From assembly GCA_001643675.2 (NCBI GenBank), contig LSRY02000017.1, positions 1,302,001 through 1,366,000 of the forward strand: a stretch of 64,000 bases of DNA. Direction: 5' to 3'. This document shows, piece by piece, positions 52,736-64,000 of the stretch (its first letter is position 1; every line of letters begins with the position of its first letter). This stretch comes from Monocercomonoides exilis PA203 (lineage: Eukaryota; Protista; Preaxostyla). Both the position numbers and the translations under genes were made by a program. The notes beneath the pieces were generated by a model that was not told the origin of the DNA, searched no databases, and was given only the letters and a program-made list of their open reading frames with translations.

Positions 52736-54769
52736 ATGTCCAAAGAAATTAAAGCTGAATCACACGATTCAACAAATGAAAGCACCAAAGAGGAACAAGG
52801 TTCTTCAACAGATAAAAAGATAGAAGAAATAGATGTGTGATTGGAAAATTTCATTTATTTTTGCTTTTTGCTGAATAACATTAACAATATTTCACCTGTA
52901 AACACATTCTTTGAAATTCAAAAATAATTAATTATTAACATTTGGAAAAAAATATAGAAAAAAGAAGACAAAGATCAGAAAACAGAAAGTGGATCAAAAT
53001 CAACAACTGAAAATAAAACTGATTCACGTCTGCATAAAATAATCCTTTTTTTGAGAAATTTTTGAATCAATTTCATTGATTTTATAGATAAACAAGGGAC
53101 ACAAGGAAGTGCGGAACTTTCAAGAAAACCAGGTTTTCGATTATGAATTTTTTAGCAGCCATTTGATTCATTTTCTTTCTTTTAGGTACTGATCTTCCAG
53201 ATTTACAATATGCACAGAAAACTGGACAGAAACTCATGCAAACACTTCCTCCAACTGTACCTATAAGTGAAATGTTTCCAAAAAAGAAATATCCATCCGG
53301 GAAGATAGATAAATATGCAGACGAAGGGTTTGGATAGTCACTTTCGATATTAAAAATTAAATTTTTGAAACCCATTTATGTTGCACTTATACAATATAAT
53401 TCTTATTATGTTTAGCACACTTCATCGATCAGCTGATTCTGCGAAAATCAGAATCGAAATTATGAATGATTCGATGACAAACGATTTTCGAAAAGCTGCA
53501 GAAGTGCATCGACAAATGCGAGCGTATGCCCGGAGTCTTCTACATGTTGGAATGAAGTTATATGATTTTGTAACAGAAGTTGAAATGAGAGGAAGACTTT
53601 TGATGGAGGATTCGTTTCTGGCTCCAGTGAGAGAAGATCTGCTTCGTGCGTCATGCGCTTCACTGTCACCTGAGATGCAGGATCTTTTGTCTCACTTGGG
53701 ATTTGTTTCTACAGCTTCTTCGTCTGCAGCTCCTCAGCCAGACGAGAAAAAGTCGAAAAAGAAGGGAAAAGACAAAAGCAAACAGAAAGAGGCATCTGAC
53801 GAAGAGGAGCTTCAATCATTGATATCTTCGCTCTATCCAGATTACACGCATGCTGTTTCAGGCTTAGCGTTCCCAACTGGATTATCAATCGACAACTGCG
53901 CAGCGCATTACACACCCAATCCAGGTGATCCACGAAAGTACAAAGAAGGAGAACTTATGAAGATTGATATTGGAACACATTCACACGGGTTCATCATTGA
54001 CAGCGCATTCTCAGTTTGTCTTGAAGCTCCACGTTCTTCTTCTTCCGACGCTCCTTCCTCTTCGGCCATGCCATCCGATTCGCTTTCTGCTCATTCCTCG
54101 TCTTCGCCGGCGTCGATGACCGGGAAGCAGCAAGTCATCCAGGCGTCGAGAGAGGCAACGTGGACAGGACTGAAAATGGCTGGAATTGATGCGCGATTGT
54201 GTGAAATTGGAGGTGCCATTGAAGAAACCATCCGCTCGTTTGAGGCTGAAATCGGGGGAAGGACGCGTCGTCTGAGGCCTGTTAAGAACCTCTCCGGGCA
54301 CGAGCTGGGGCCGTATCTGGTGCACGACGGAAACTCTGTGCCCATCGTAGCGAATGGATGCGAGCCGCACCTGAAAATGGAAGAGGGGCACGTGTATGCC
54401 ATTGAGACATTCGCATCAACTGGAAAGGGAAGTGTTTCTGACGGAGGCGACTGCTCTCATTACATGATGGATCCTGATGCCCTTGCCAATCTTGGCTCTG
54501 TTCGGAACCCGAAGGGGCGCAAACTGGCACATCACATTTCCCAGCGCTTCAGCACACTTGCGTGGTGCAGGCGCTGGCTGGATGAGACAGGAGAAAAGCA
54601 TCATCTGCTTGCTTTGAAGTCACTTATTGATGCTGGACTTGTCGATCCGTATCCTCCTCTGAGCGATACAGTAGGAAGCTTTGTATCTCAGCATGAGCAT
54701 ACAATCCTTTTGAGGCCAACTGCGAAAGAAGTTGTGTCATTTGGTGATGATGACAATCTTCTTTCTTAA
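52736..54769 (+). CDS. METAP2: Methionine aminopeptidase 2
   Basis: RKAAEVHRQMR, AFPTGLS..NCAAHYTPNPGD, KIDIGTH, IIDSAF, NLSGH, YAIETFASTGKG and SQHEHTILLRPT. Charged N-terminus is spread over several short exons from ATG 52736. Confidence 0.97.
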
Positions 54770-54996
54770 AAAATTTTTTGATAAATATTTAAATCATTTT
54801 TTTCGCAATATGTTTTATTTTTAATTAATAAATAAATCAACAACATTATAAATTAATTAATTTTTGCTTATAGTTGTGTAAATATTTTTGGTTTGAAACA
54901 TGTAAAAATTTTTGTTCAAACCCAAAAAACATAATAGTCGAAATTATATTTTCATTGATCTGTTAAAAATTTAAACAGACTTGTTTATTTCGTTAC

Positions 54997-56804
54997 ATGA
55001 ATCTTTTTAAGTTTGTAATTTTCATTCATTTGCTAGACAAAAGACTTTTCATTAAAATAACCTGGAACTTCATCTTATAAATTGTTCGATCTCTGCAAAA
55101 TCTTTAGAGAAGATACTCGCCATGAAGAGGGAAAGTCTGTCCCAATTAAAAATATTGAAGCTGTTCAAGATTTAACAAACATCATTCGCACAAATCTTGG
55201 ACCAAATGGTATTCATATTAATTGCACTATTCATCCTTATTTATGGTTATATATTTATTTTTTTAGGATTATCAAAACTTGTTGTTACCCATTTGGATAA
55301 AGTGATTGTTACACGACGAACAGAAACTGTACTCTATAATTTGACTGTTGAACACCCAGTTGCAAAATTGGTTGTTATGGCAGCGAAGAATCAAGCTGAT
55401 GAAGTTGGTGATGGAACAACTCAAATTGTTGCGTGGATTGGAGAACTTCTCTCAAAGATCAAACCACTTATTTTGATGCGACTCCCAATTAAAGATATTC
55501 AAACCGGACTTGATCTTTCTCTTGAACATGCTTTAAATCTTCTTCCAAAATTGGCTGTACACGAAATAACAGATCCATTTAACCTTGACCAAGTTACAAA
55601 AGTCCTTAAACCAGTTATTGGCGCAAAAATGTCTGGACAGGAAGACTTTTTGGCTCCGTTAGTGGCAAAAGCATGCATTGATATCTGCCCTAAAAACCCT
55701 GCTAATTTTAATGTCGATAATGTGAGATTTGCAAAGGTTATGGGAGGAATTGTAACTGACAGCTCGGTTGTTCGTGGATTTTGCATTCCTCGTACTACAG
55801 AAGGAGAAATTAAAAAGGTAACTAATGCAAAAATTGCTGTTTTCGGATGCGCAATTGATAGGGATGAAGGTGAAACAAAAGGAACTATTGTCATGAACAC
55901 AGCCGATGAGTTACAGTCATACACAGCAAAGGAAGAAATGAGAATGAAAGCTATTGTTGAAGAGATAATATCATCTGGAGCAAATGTTGTTGTTACAGGC
56001 TCAACTGTTAGCGAAATTGCATTGCATTATCTGGAACAAAACCACATTATGGTTATTAAAATCCTGTCAAAATTCGATTTGCGCCGTTTTTGCCTTGCAA
56101 CGCATGCCACATCACTTGTTCGCCTCGGGAAGCCAACTGCTGAAGAGCTTGGATTCTGCCATTCAATCAGGGTGACAGAAGTTGGTGGAATGGAAGTTTT
56201 AATTATTTCTCAAGAAGAGGATGAAGACGATGAAAGTTCATCATCATCTTCTTCTTCTGAAAAGGCAGCAGTTACTTCACGCGTCTCCACAATCATTCTG
56301 CGTTCATCAACCCAGGCTGCTTTGGATGATGTTGAAAGAGTGATGATTGATGCTGTTAACACATATAAGGATATGGTGAAAAACTCAATGTTTGTTGCAG
56401 GCGGAGGTGCCTTTGAAGCTGAACTTTCTCAGCAGATGCTGGCATTTGGTGCAACTCAAACGAATCTTGCTCAGTATTCAATTGGCGCCTTTGCAGAATC
56501 ACTTCTCTGCGTTCCTCGTATCTTGGCTGAAACAGCTGGAATGAATGCTAATGAGACAATTACTCAATTAACACATGCACATGCACAAGGAAAAGTTAAT
56601 ACAGGCGTTAATGTTGAATCGTTGTCACTTGAAGATATGAAGGAAAAAGGAATTTTCGATTCACTTTATTTGAAAGAATGGGTGCTGCGCTTTGGTGTGG
56701 ATTGTGTCAAGACAGTGCTCTCTGTTGATTCAATCATTATGTCAAAGCCAGCAGGAATTAAACCACCTGGAGAACGTACAATTGGAGGTGCCGATCAGGA
56801 CTAA
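54997..56804 (+). CDS. CCT8: T-complex protein 1 subunit theta
   Basis: Introns 55011-55107 and 55209-55266. Motifs LGPNG, EHPVAKL, EVGDGTT, FNVDNVR, ETKGT, SKFDLRR, LDDVER and VDSIIMSKPAG are typical of CCT8. Confidence 0.95.
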
Positions 56805-57030
56805 GCAAATCACCAAAAAGATGCTGAATCATTTTCACTTCTCATTCACACTCATTATTTCTTTGAAATCTATTAAATTAACCCTTTCACGCTCTTAATC
56901 ATTCAACATCAAAGATTATTTATATCTAATTAAAAAAGAATAAATTTTTTCGTCAAACACACAAATATACCCACAATTATTTTAAAGATCAAATAAATAA
57001 AAGCATCATCTCATTTTCTTTAAAAGCAAA

Positions 57031-58684
57031 ATGACAAGCAAAGAAGATATCATTGATGACACATCAATATATGGGGAAAATGCTTCAAGGAATTTATTTT
57101 GTCATTTTCAAGCTCATGAACAAGAATTGAAGGATTTACAAAAACATCAAAAATCAGAGTTAATATCTTCAACATACCCTGAGGAATTAAATAACCCTGA
57201 GGATAATAAATATCTAGCATTTGCATCAGCATGTAAAAATGTATCTGCATCAATTATTGCATTGAAAGAATCATTGAAACAAAAACAAAGAAAATCTCTA
57301 CGTAATTTTACAAATAAGCAAGATGAATATAAAGCAGCGGAAAGCGTTATTTCTGTGAGTAAAAAATTAAGACAAATGGAAGAATCACTTTCTTTAATGG
57401 CGAATAAAATTCATGAATCTAGAAATCACATGTTGTCAAAAAGTGAAAGTCTGTAAAATATATTAAATTTTTTCTTTCGTCAAAACTCAATTTCATAAAG
57501 ATGATCAGTTATTTAGAATGATGAAAAATCCACTTCAATTCAGCTCAGATATTTCTGATAGAGAAATCGTTTACCCTCATGTTAAACAACCAGAAGATAA
57601 AAACTCACCAAAATTTTCGGAACAATTTATAGACTCTCACAATGATTATAGTTGGGAATGTCTTTCAAGTCGAATGCTGAACCTTGATCGAAAATTGAAA
57701 CTAATTGAAGCGCATTTACCTTGTATTTCATCTCGGCAATATTTAAAGCAATTTCATTCTTCATTCACAACTCCTCCCTTTTATTCTTCATTCGCTGGAG
57801 TTGCCCCACCTGCTACGGATTCAATGGATTATGCAGGCTGTAGTGAAAAAGCTTTGACACTTACACTTGCACAACTGAAGCAACGCATCGAAAGTATTCC
57901 TTCTTCGCTTTTGAATAACTCAAGGAGATCATCTTCTCCTATTTCTTTGACGGCAACATCCCCTCAAATATCAGGAAGCTATGTACAGCCAAGTTTTTCA
58001 TCATCTCCTCTTACAATACATCGCGCAGAACAACAGAAAATGATTGAGAAAAGAGTTAATGAAATGGACGAATTATTAAAGATATTGAAATGGAGATGCA
58101 CAACGAAATCGGACTGTCTAGTGAATGAAAAAGATAATCAATTTAAAGAAGCAAACGAAATCATAAATGACGAACAAGAAAAAAAAACATATCACGAAGG
58201 AGTAAGCATGACAAACTCTATTTCATCTTCTCAATCGTCATCATCATTTAATGCATCTGCTCATCAACCGAATCTCTCAAAAGAAATATCTTTCCGTACT
58301 CATATTTCCGTTTCTGGTGCAGCTCAAATGAAACGGATGTTCGATGAGTGTAGTTCTTTTGGTGAATCTTGGCAAGTTGTTGATGAAAGACTGAAAGAAA
58401 TTGAATTACTTAAGCAATCAGCAATTTTTGTGGAAAATTCGTTGGTTTCAAAGGAAATTTTGGATAAGTTAAATAAGAAAGAAGAGGGTACTGATTTACA
58501 AGCAACAAAGAAGATAAAATCTATATTTTTTGAGAAAGAATTCAAAGAAATAGAAAAGGTTGAGAAAAAAGCAAATGAAGTGAAAGAAGAGCTTATTGAA
58601 ACCATCCAATGTGAAAACGGAATTATGACAAAGATGAATGAATTGGAAAAGGAAATGGAACTTTTGCGGCAAAGCTTGAAGTAG
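57031..58684 (+). CDS. Coiled-coil protein, possibly divergent dynamitin (dynactin p50)
   Basis: Two ORFs joined in phase by intron 57453-57516. The helix order resembles DCTN2 (tentative). Confidence 0.7.
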
Positions 58685-59136
58685 AGATTGATTTGTTTTA
58701 TAATTTTTCTTTTCTTTTTTGATTTTTTATTATTTTAATTTTTGACTTTAAATATGCGCAGAATCTGAACACGTCCTAATTTTTTCACAAGAAATTATTC
58801 ATTCATTTTCTTCTATTATGTCTGTGCGTTTCGCTAAATAGTTAAACGTGGTGAATCCAAAAAAAAAAAAAAAATTCTTCCAAACCTACCGTTTTGCGCC
58901 TAATCCTTTTCGAATTTTGCATCAATGTTCTCAAATAAACATCAAAAAGATGTGTTCAAAATAATAAATCCTCGTTCCAGTTTAATATTTTTTTGGAAGG
59001 TTTAATAGTTTATAAGGTCATTTTATATTGGGAACTGTTATTTCAAAAATGATAAAAATTGAAACAAATCCATGAAAACATGAGAGAATAATAAAGCTAA
59101 TAAATAATCTCTCTTTTGCTATTTTCAGAAAGAATT

Positions 59137-59397
59137 ATATGTGTGATTTTTTTGAAATCATAACTTTTTTCGAAGTGTTGATTTTATTTAAGGTTGTTTG
59201 TCATTGGAAAGATATTTTGTTTTCAAATGCCAAAATTATCTCAACAGTTTAAAAAACGAATGTTTCATCTATAATGAAAATGAAAATGTTTTGAAAAACC
59301 TTTTCATTTTTTAGTGTTTTTTGATTGATAATAATAGTGAATTCTCAAACGAAACTTTTTTATTGAGAAAACATGATATCAAAAATAATTGCCCTAT
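59137..59397. mobile_element. MITE family B copy, opposite orientation to its neighbour
   Basis: atatgtgtgatttttttgaaatcataacttttttcg ... catgatatcaaaaataattgccctat. Confidence 0.7.
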
Positions 59398-59414
59398 TTC
59401 ATTTTTGTTTTACA

Positions 59415-59680
59415 GATATGGGAGATTATTTTTGAAAGCATGTTTCTTCAATAAAAAATTTCGGTTCGAAAATTTTTATTGATAATTAACAAATTCATAA
59501 ACGATAGTAATTGCGCTTATATAAGATATCTTCATCTTTGCTTCAGCAAAAACATATGATTTTGAAAGAGGTGTGATGAATTTGGTATTTGAATACAAAA
59601 TCTCTTCCCTTTAACAAACAACCTTTAAAAAAATTAACTCCCCGAAAAAAGCTATGCTTTCAAAAATAATCACCCATATC
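59415..59680. mobile_element. MITE family B copy
   Basis: gatatgggagattatttttgaaagcat ... atgctttcaaaaataatcacccatatc. Confidence 0.85.
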
Positions 59681-60067
59681 GCATTAAAAACCGGACGTCG
59701 CACAAAATACCGGACATGATCGATTTCACAATAACTGCAAGAAAAATAATTCTGACTATTTTCCTCAAAACATATCTCATTAATGCTGACTCATTTGATA
59801 AACGAGACTTTCAAAACTTCCTCGTTTATGCTCAGAAAAAAATTATTATTTTATTTTCGGTAAAAATAGGATTTTGAGTTTCTTCGAGATTTTAAAAGTA
59901 ATTTTCTCTGAGCACAAATGAAACTACTTTGAAAGTCTCGTTTATCATATGAGTTTCTATTGATGAGATATATTTTGAGGAAAATTAACAGAATTATTCC
60001 TCTTGCAGTTATTGTTAAATTGATCTTGTCCAGTATTTTGTGTGATGTCCAGTTTTTTATGCGATAT
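59676..60067. mobile_element. Foldback MITE family D (~390 bp, ~170-bp arms)
   Basis: atatcgcattaaaaaccggacgtcgcacaaaataccggaca... / ...tgtccagtattttgtgtgatgtccagttttttatgcgatat. Confidence 0.88.
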
Positions 60068-60151
60068 CTGTAATTTTTTTTTAAAATCAAAATGATAGCT
60101 CCAAACACTTGAAAGTTTATCCTCCATATAAATCCTTTATCTTGAAGATGA

Positions 60152-60563
60152 ATATAGTTAGTGTTAATAATGGTGAACACTTTCAATAACTGTGGACAGT
60201 CGCATTATCTCAACAACTGTTGATCGTTGCATTTAAACAATAAACCCAATTATTCCCTCAATGAATATGAACTTATAAGACATACAGAAATGAAAATATT
60301 TGCTCCCAAGAATTAAAAACTTAACGTTTTCAATTTTCGGAGAAACTCTCAGAAAATAGATTCTCCGAGTTTCTCCGAAAATAATAAATTATTATTCCAA
60401 AATTTAATTGTTATGTGTGAATGAAAAAAACAATTCGTATTAATTCACATACAATGAGGGAATAATTGGGCTAATTGTCAAAAAACAATTATCAACAGTT
60501 TTTGAGATAATGCCACTGTCCACAGATATTGAAAGTGTCCACCATTATTAACACTAACTATAT
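60152..60563. mobile_element. MITE family A, intact copy (~410 bp) with internal hairpin
   Basis: atatagttagtgttaataatggtgaacactttcaata / tattgaaagtgtccaccattattaacactaactatat. Inner inverted repeat attttcggagaaactc...gagtttctccgaaaat. Confidence 0.88.
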
Positions 60564-61896
60564 GTCTAATTTAAATGAAATTGTGATATGAAGATTTTTT
60601 TGAAAGTTTCATGAGGATTATGCTTTTTTCGAAAAGGCATACTTCAACTAAAAGTTTATCAGTTATTTTTCCCAATTTGATCATTCCGAGAAAAAATCGA
60701 AGTTATTTAAGTTTATTATAATCCCTTTGTTATGAAAGCATGTAAAAAATCAAAAAATCTTTAAATTGAGTAAGAAAATTAAAAAACAAAAAATATTGAA
60801 CTTATGATCACTTTGATCTAGAATTTCCAAATTAAAATCCCTCTCGAAATAAGACTTTTCCGAATAAAAAATGAGTATTATTGCAAAGACACCTAACGAA
60901 TGAATGCAAATATTACGAAAAAGAGACATAATTTGAGGATAATAAATTGAGTGTGTTTGTAACTCTCTGAGATTCTGCTATTTATTTCACTTTTTAAAAA
61001 CTTCATCGTCAATTTATCCATTTATTTCAGACATATAAACTATCCTCAATTTAAATAAAAACTTAAAGAACAGCATAACAAAAATAAATGAATATTTTTC
61101 GGTTTCACTGATGTCCTTAAAGTTTCTTTATGCCAAATGTGAATAATGAAATGAGAAGTTCACAACATCGTTTTTTTTTTTTTGTAAATTTATCCAAACG
61201 GCTTCATTTGCACGAGAATAATGTTTTTAAATCAAATATTAGAAATGAGTTTTGACTTTTTCAAAAGCTATTTTCACTTCAGATGGGGGAAAATATGAAC
61301 TTCCAAGCATTTTTTGCACAAAGCATGAAAAAATTGTTTCGCTCATAACTTTGTTTCGCTTTCTCGGATTTCAAAATAATTTAGGTTTTCATATCCGCAA
61401 ACAGGCATCGTTGAAATTAAAACATAAAGTTTTCCAACATTTCACGAATGTCAAAAAATAAATCCATTTTTATTATGTTTTTTGATCTCAAAAAGTCAAT
61501 GAAAAGTGCATAATTTTCCAATGAAAATGTTTGAAACAAAATATTATTGCCACATATCAATAACAAATTCAATTTTGGAGGAAGGTTTTTCCCTGACAAC
61601 AGAATTAGGAAATGAAGTGCTCACTCCTAAGTTGCGATTGCACATTTTAGAGAAAAATTTTCAATTTTGAGCAATTCTTCATGAAATGCAAGCTTTCAAT
61701 CCGTGAAAGAACCGTTTTCATCTTCACGTTCGTTTGTTTCATGCAAAGGCCTAATTTCCATAAAAAACAATTTCTCTTTTGATAATGAAATTTTGCAGTT
61801 TCATTAATCGTAGTAATTATTAAGTTCTGCTTTGTTCAAAAAACAAGAAATGTTTACAGAAGAAAAAAAATTTTTGTGCAAAATATTATTGTTATT

Positions 61897-62136
61897 GGGT
61901 GATTCTTTTTGAAAAGTCACAAATGTTTAATTTTCAAATTAATGAAAGATTTAATATTTTGCTCAAAGTTTTGTTTTCACAAACCACACTTCGCTAATAT
62001 AGAATCTATTCATTGATTATGCTATTTCAAACATTCTTGAGGAGATTTGTGAGCTGAAACAGAAATTTGAGCAAAATATGAAATATTTGATTTATTTGGA
62101 AATTAAACATTTGCGACTTTTCAAAAAGAATAACCC
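61897..62136. mobile_element. Foldback MITE family C
   Basis: gggtgattctttttgaaaagtcacaaatgtttaattt / aaattaaacatttgcgacttttcaaaaagaataaccc. Confidence 0.85.
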
Positions 62137-62975
62137 TTATTAAATGTAAAAACAGTTTTCAGTATTTTAACTTGTGATTATCAATATTTTAGCCGGCAAT
62201 TATGAACGATTCAAAAATTATGAAAAAAACAAAATAAAAAATACTATTTAACAAAAAAATAAATATGATAACGAAGATGTTGACTAAAATAGATATGAAT
62301 TTAATGTGCAAATACCGAAATGTGTTTTCGAAAATTTTTATTTTTCAATTAACAATTTCCATCTTGAATTATTTTGAATGCTTGAAAGAAATTCAATATT
62401 ATTACAATATTGGAAAGAAAAAATTTTCCTCACAGAAGGAAAAAGACGAACAATCTGAGAAATTAATAATACTTAAAAAACTTGGAAAAATATTGACTCA
62501 TTTTCAAAAGAATGTTGAATATGAAATAACAATATGTGATTTCATTTGCAAAAAATTCATTTGTTTTTATCACAAAGAATTAGCAACAACTTTTTAAGAC
62601 TTGTTTGCATAAATTTCATGTTTTTAATCGTTGTAAATTATGTAACTTCACTTAAAATAGTGAATAATGTTTTTTATTTTCGAATCATAACAACTCATTT
62701 TATCATTAAAAATATTAATGTGAATATTTTTTTTGATTCATGCAAAAAAAATTAAAAATAAATGATTTCTTTTTTAAAATTTAGATTTTGAATAAAAGAG
62801 ACAATTTTTTGTTTTTATCACATCAAAAAATTGAAATATAAAATCGAACATGTTTGTTTTTTCTTTGTTGCCATATCATCCGAAAAAATTTTTAGAACTC
62901 AACAAATATTTCGGAAATTGAGAGTTTCATTTTTATATTTATGGTTTTGAACAAAGAAAAATTATTATATGTAAA

Positions 62976-63683
62976 ATGATTGAAAGCCAATGTGCAAAGG
63001 TGGAGCAGACTTTTTCAAATGACAACGTCTTTTCTTTTTCCCCTGTTACCTGCGCATCACGATCAATTGAAAACAAATTAGGAACTGGAAAATTGACAAT
63101 AAGTAACTTGGGCTTGGAATTTTTATCGGCACATTGTGATGAACAACAAGATGGTTCAACAAAGGATAACATTCATTTGCAAATTGCATTAACAGATTTT
63201 GGTGTTCATGGAATACAAAAAATCGAAAAAGAAATGAAACTTTCTCTTTTCGTTCAAAAGATTTATGAAGAAGATGAACAATCAACAAATACAACTTCTA
63301 TGGATTCAGATTTACACGATTTAGAAGATAAATGCACGGGAAACACATTAGTTTCAAAGGAGAAATGCTTTTGGTTCATTTTTGATGATATACAAGGTTT
63401 TCTTTCTTTTTGAAGTAACTTTTAACCAAAATTCAAATTCTTTATAGTTCAAAAAAGTTTTAAATTTTTATCTTTTCTTCTTTCTCAAATTCACGAAGAT
63501 AATGATATGACACCTGATCCTGTTTTTTTCGAAGATGATGAAATGGATGAAAAGATGACAATACAACATGAAAGCGATATGATAGATAGCAAAGAGCAGT
63601 CTATATTTGCAAACGCAGAGGGTGATGAAAGCGAAATGGATGAATCAATTCAGGATTTTCAAAAAAATGCTTTTTTAGAATGA
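62976..63683 (+). CDS. pICln (methylosome subunit)-like PH-fold protein
   Basis: Two exons (intron ~63398-63448). KLGTGKLTISN, IALTDFGVHGI, LFVQ plus acidic loop, FWFIFDD and an acidic tail parallel pICln (GLGTGTLYI; YPTISLHAL; LYV; FRFVP). Confidence 0.6.
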
Positions 63684-64000
63684 GAAATTAAATGGCAAGA
63701 AAGACATTTCATAACATTTCACTCTTTTCATTTTATTACTGGGAATAAAACCATTTATTTTTAAAAAATGTTTGTTTTGAATGATGATATTTGAAAAATT
63801 AAACAAACATTTAATGAAAAGTCCACATTTAATTTCGTTGATCACCAAACAAATTTTCGTTTATTTTTTTAAAGCTAGTGAAGATGAAGAACATTAGCGA
63901 TGAAAATTAGAAAGAAAGGAAAATAATAATTCTGAAATCAATATTGCGGAGATCAGTCAATGAAACAGAACAAAAAAGAAGTGATTTTGTGAACCTAAGA

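Noticed and set aside
59137-60563. CRISPR-like or structured ncRNA interpretation of the palindromes
   Set aside because: No repeat-spacer periodicity; the eukaryotic context, TIR structure and dispersed copies fit MITEs.

Overview
Eukaryotic genomic DNA from a gene-dense, intron-rich protist. The standard genetic code (conserved genes end in TAA/TGA), short AT-rich GT-AG introns (often GTTTG donors), poly-Ser/acidic insertions and a beta-helix/TM/kinase-like receptor family suggest an oxymonad such as Monocercomonoides; this is inference only. Genes, many split or missed by the ORF track: a huge DDB1/SF3B3/CPSF1-family beta-propeller gene running off the left edge; a head-to-head pair of spliced genes; a disrupted ~2600-codon beta-helix receptor pseudokinase; a HOOK-family dynein adaptor; a catalytically dead DEAD-box protein; tri-ubiquitin; a TmcB-like multipass membrane protein ending in a complete di-iron hemerythrin domain (best candidate for a novel system, a membrane O2/redox sensor); a possible FAAP100-like protein; MetAP2; CCT8; a possible dynamitin; and a pICln-like protein. 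The AT-rich intergenic tracts contain at least a dozen TIR/foldback MITE-like elements from several families, some nested or abutting. All family assignments come from motif recall and manual translation, not database searches.
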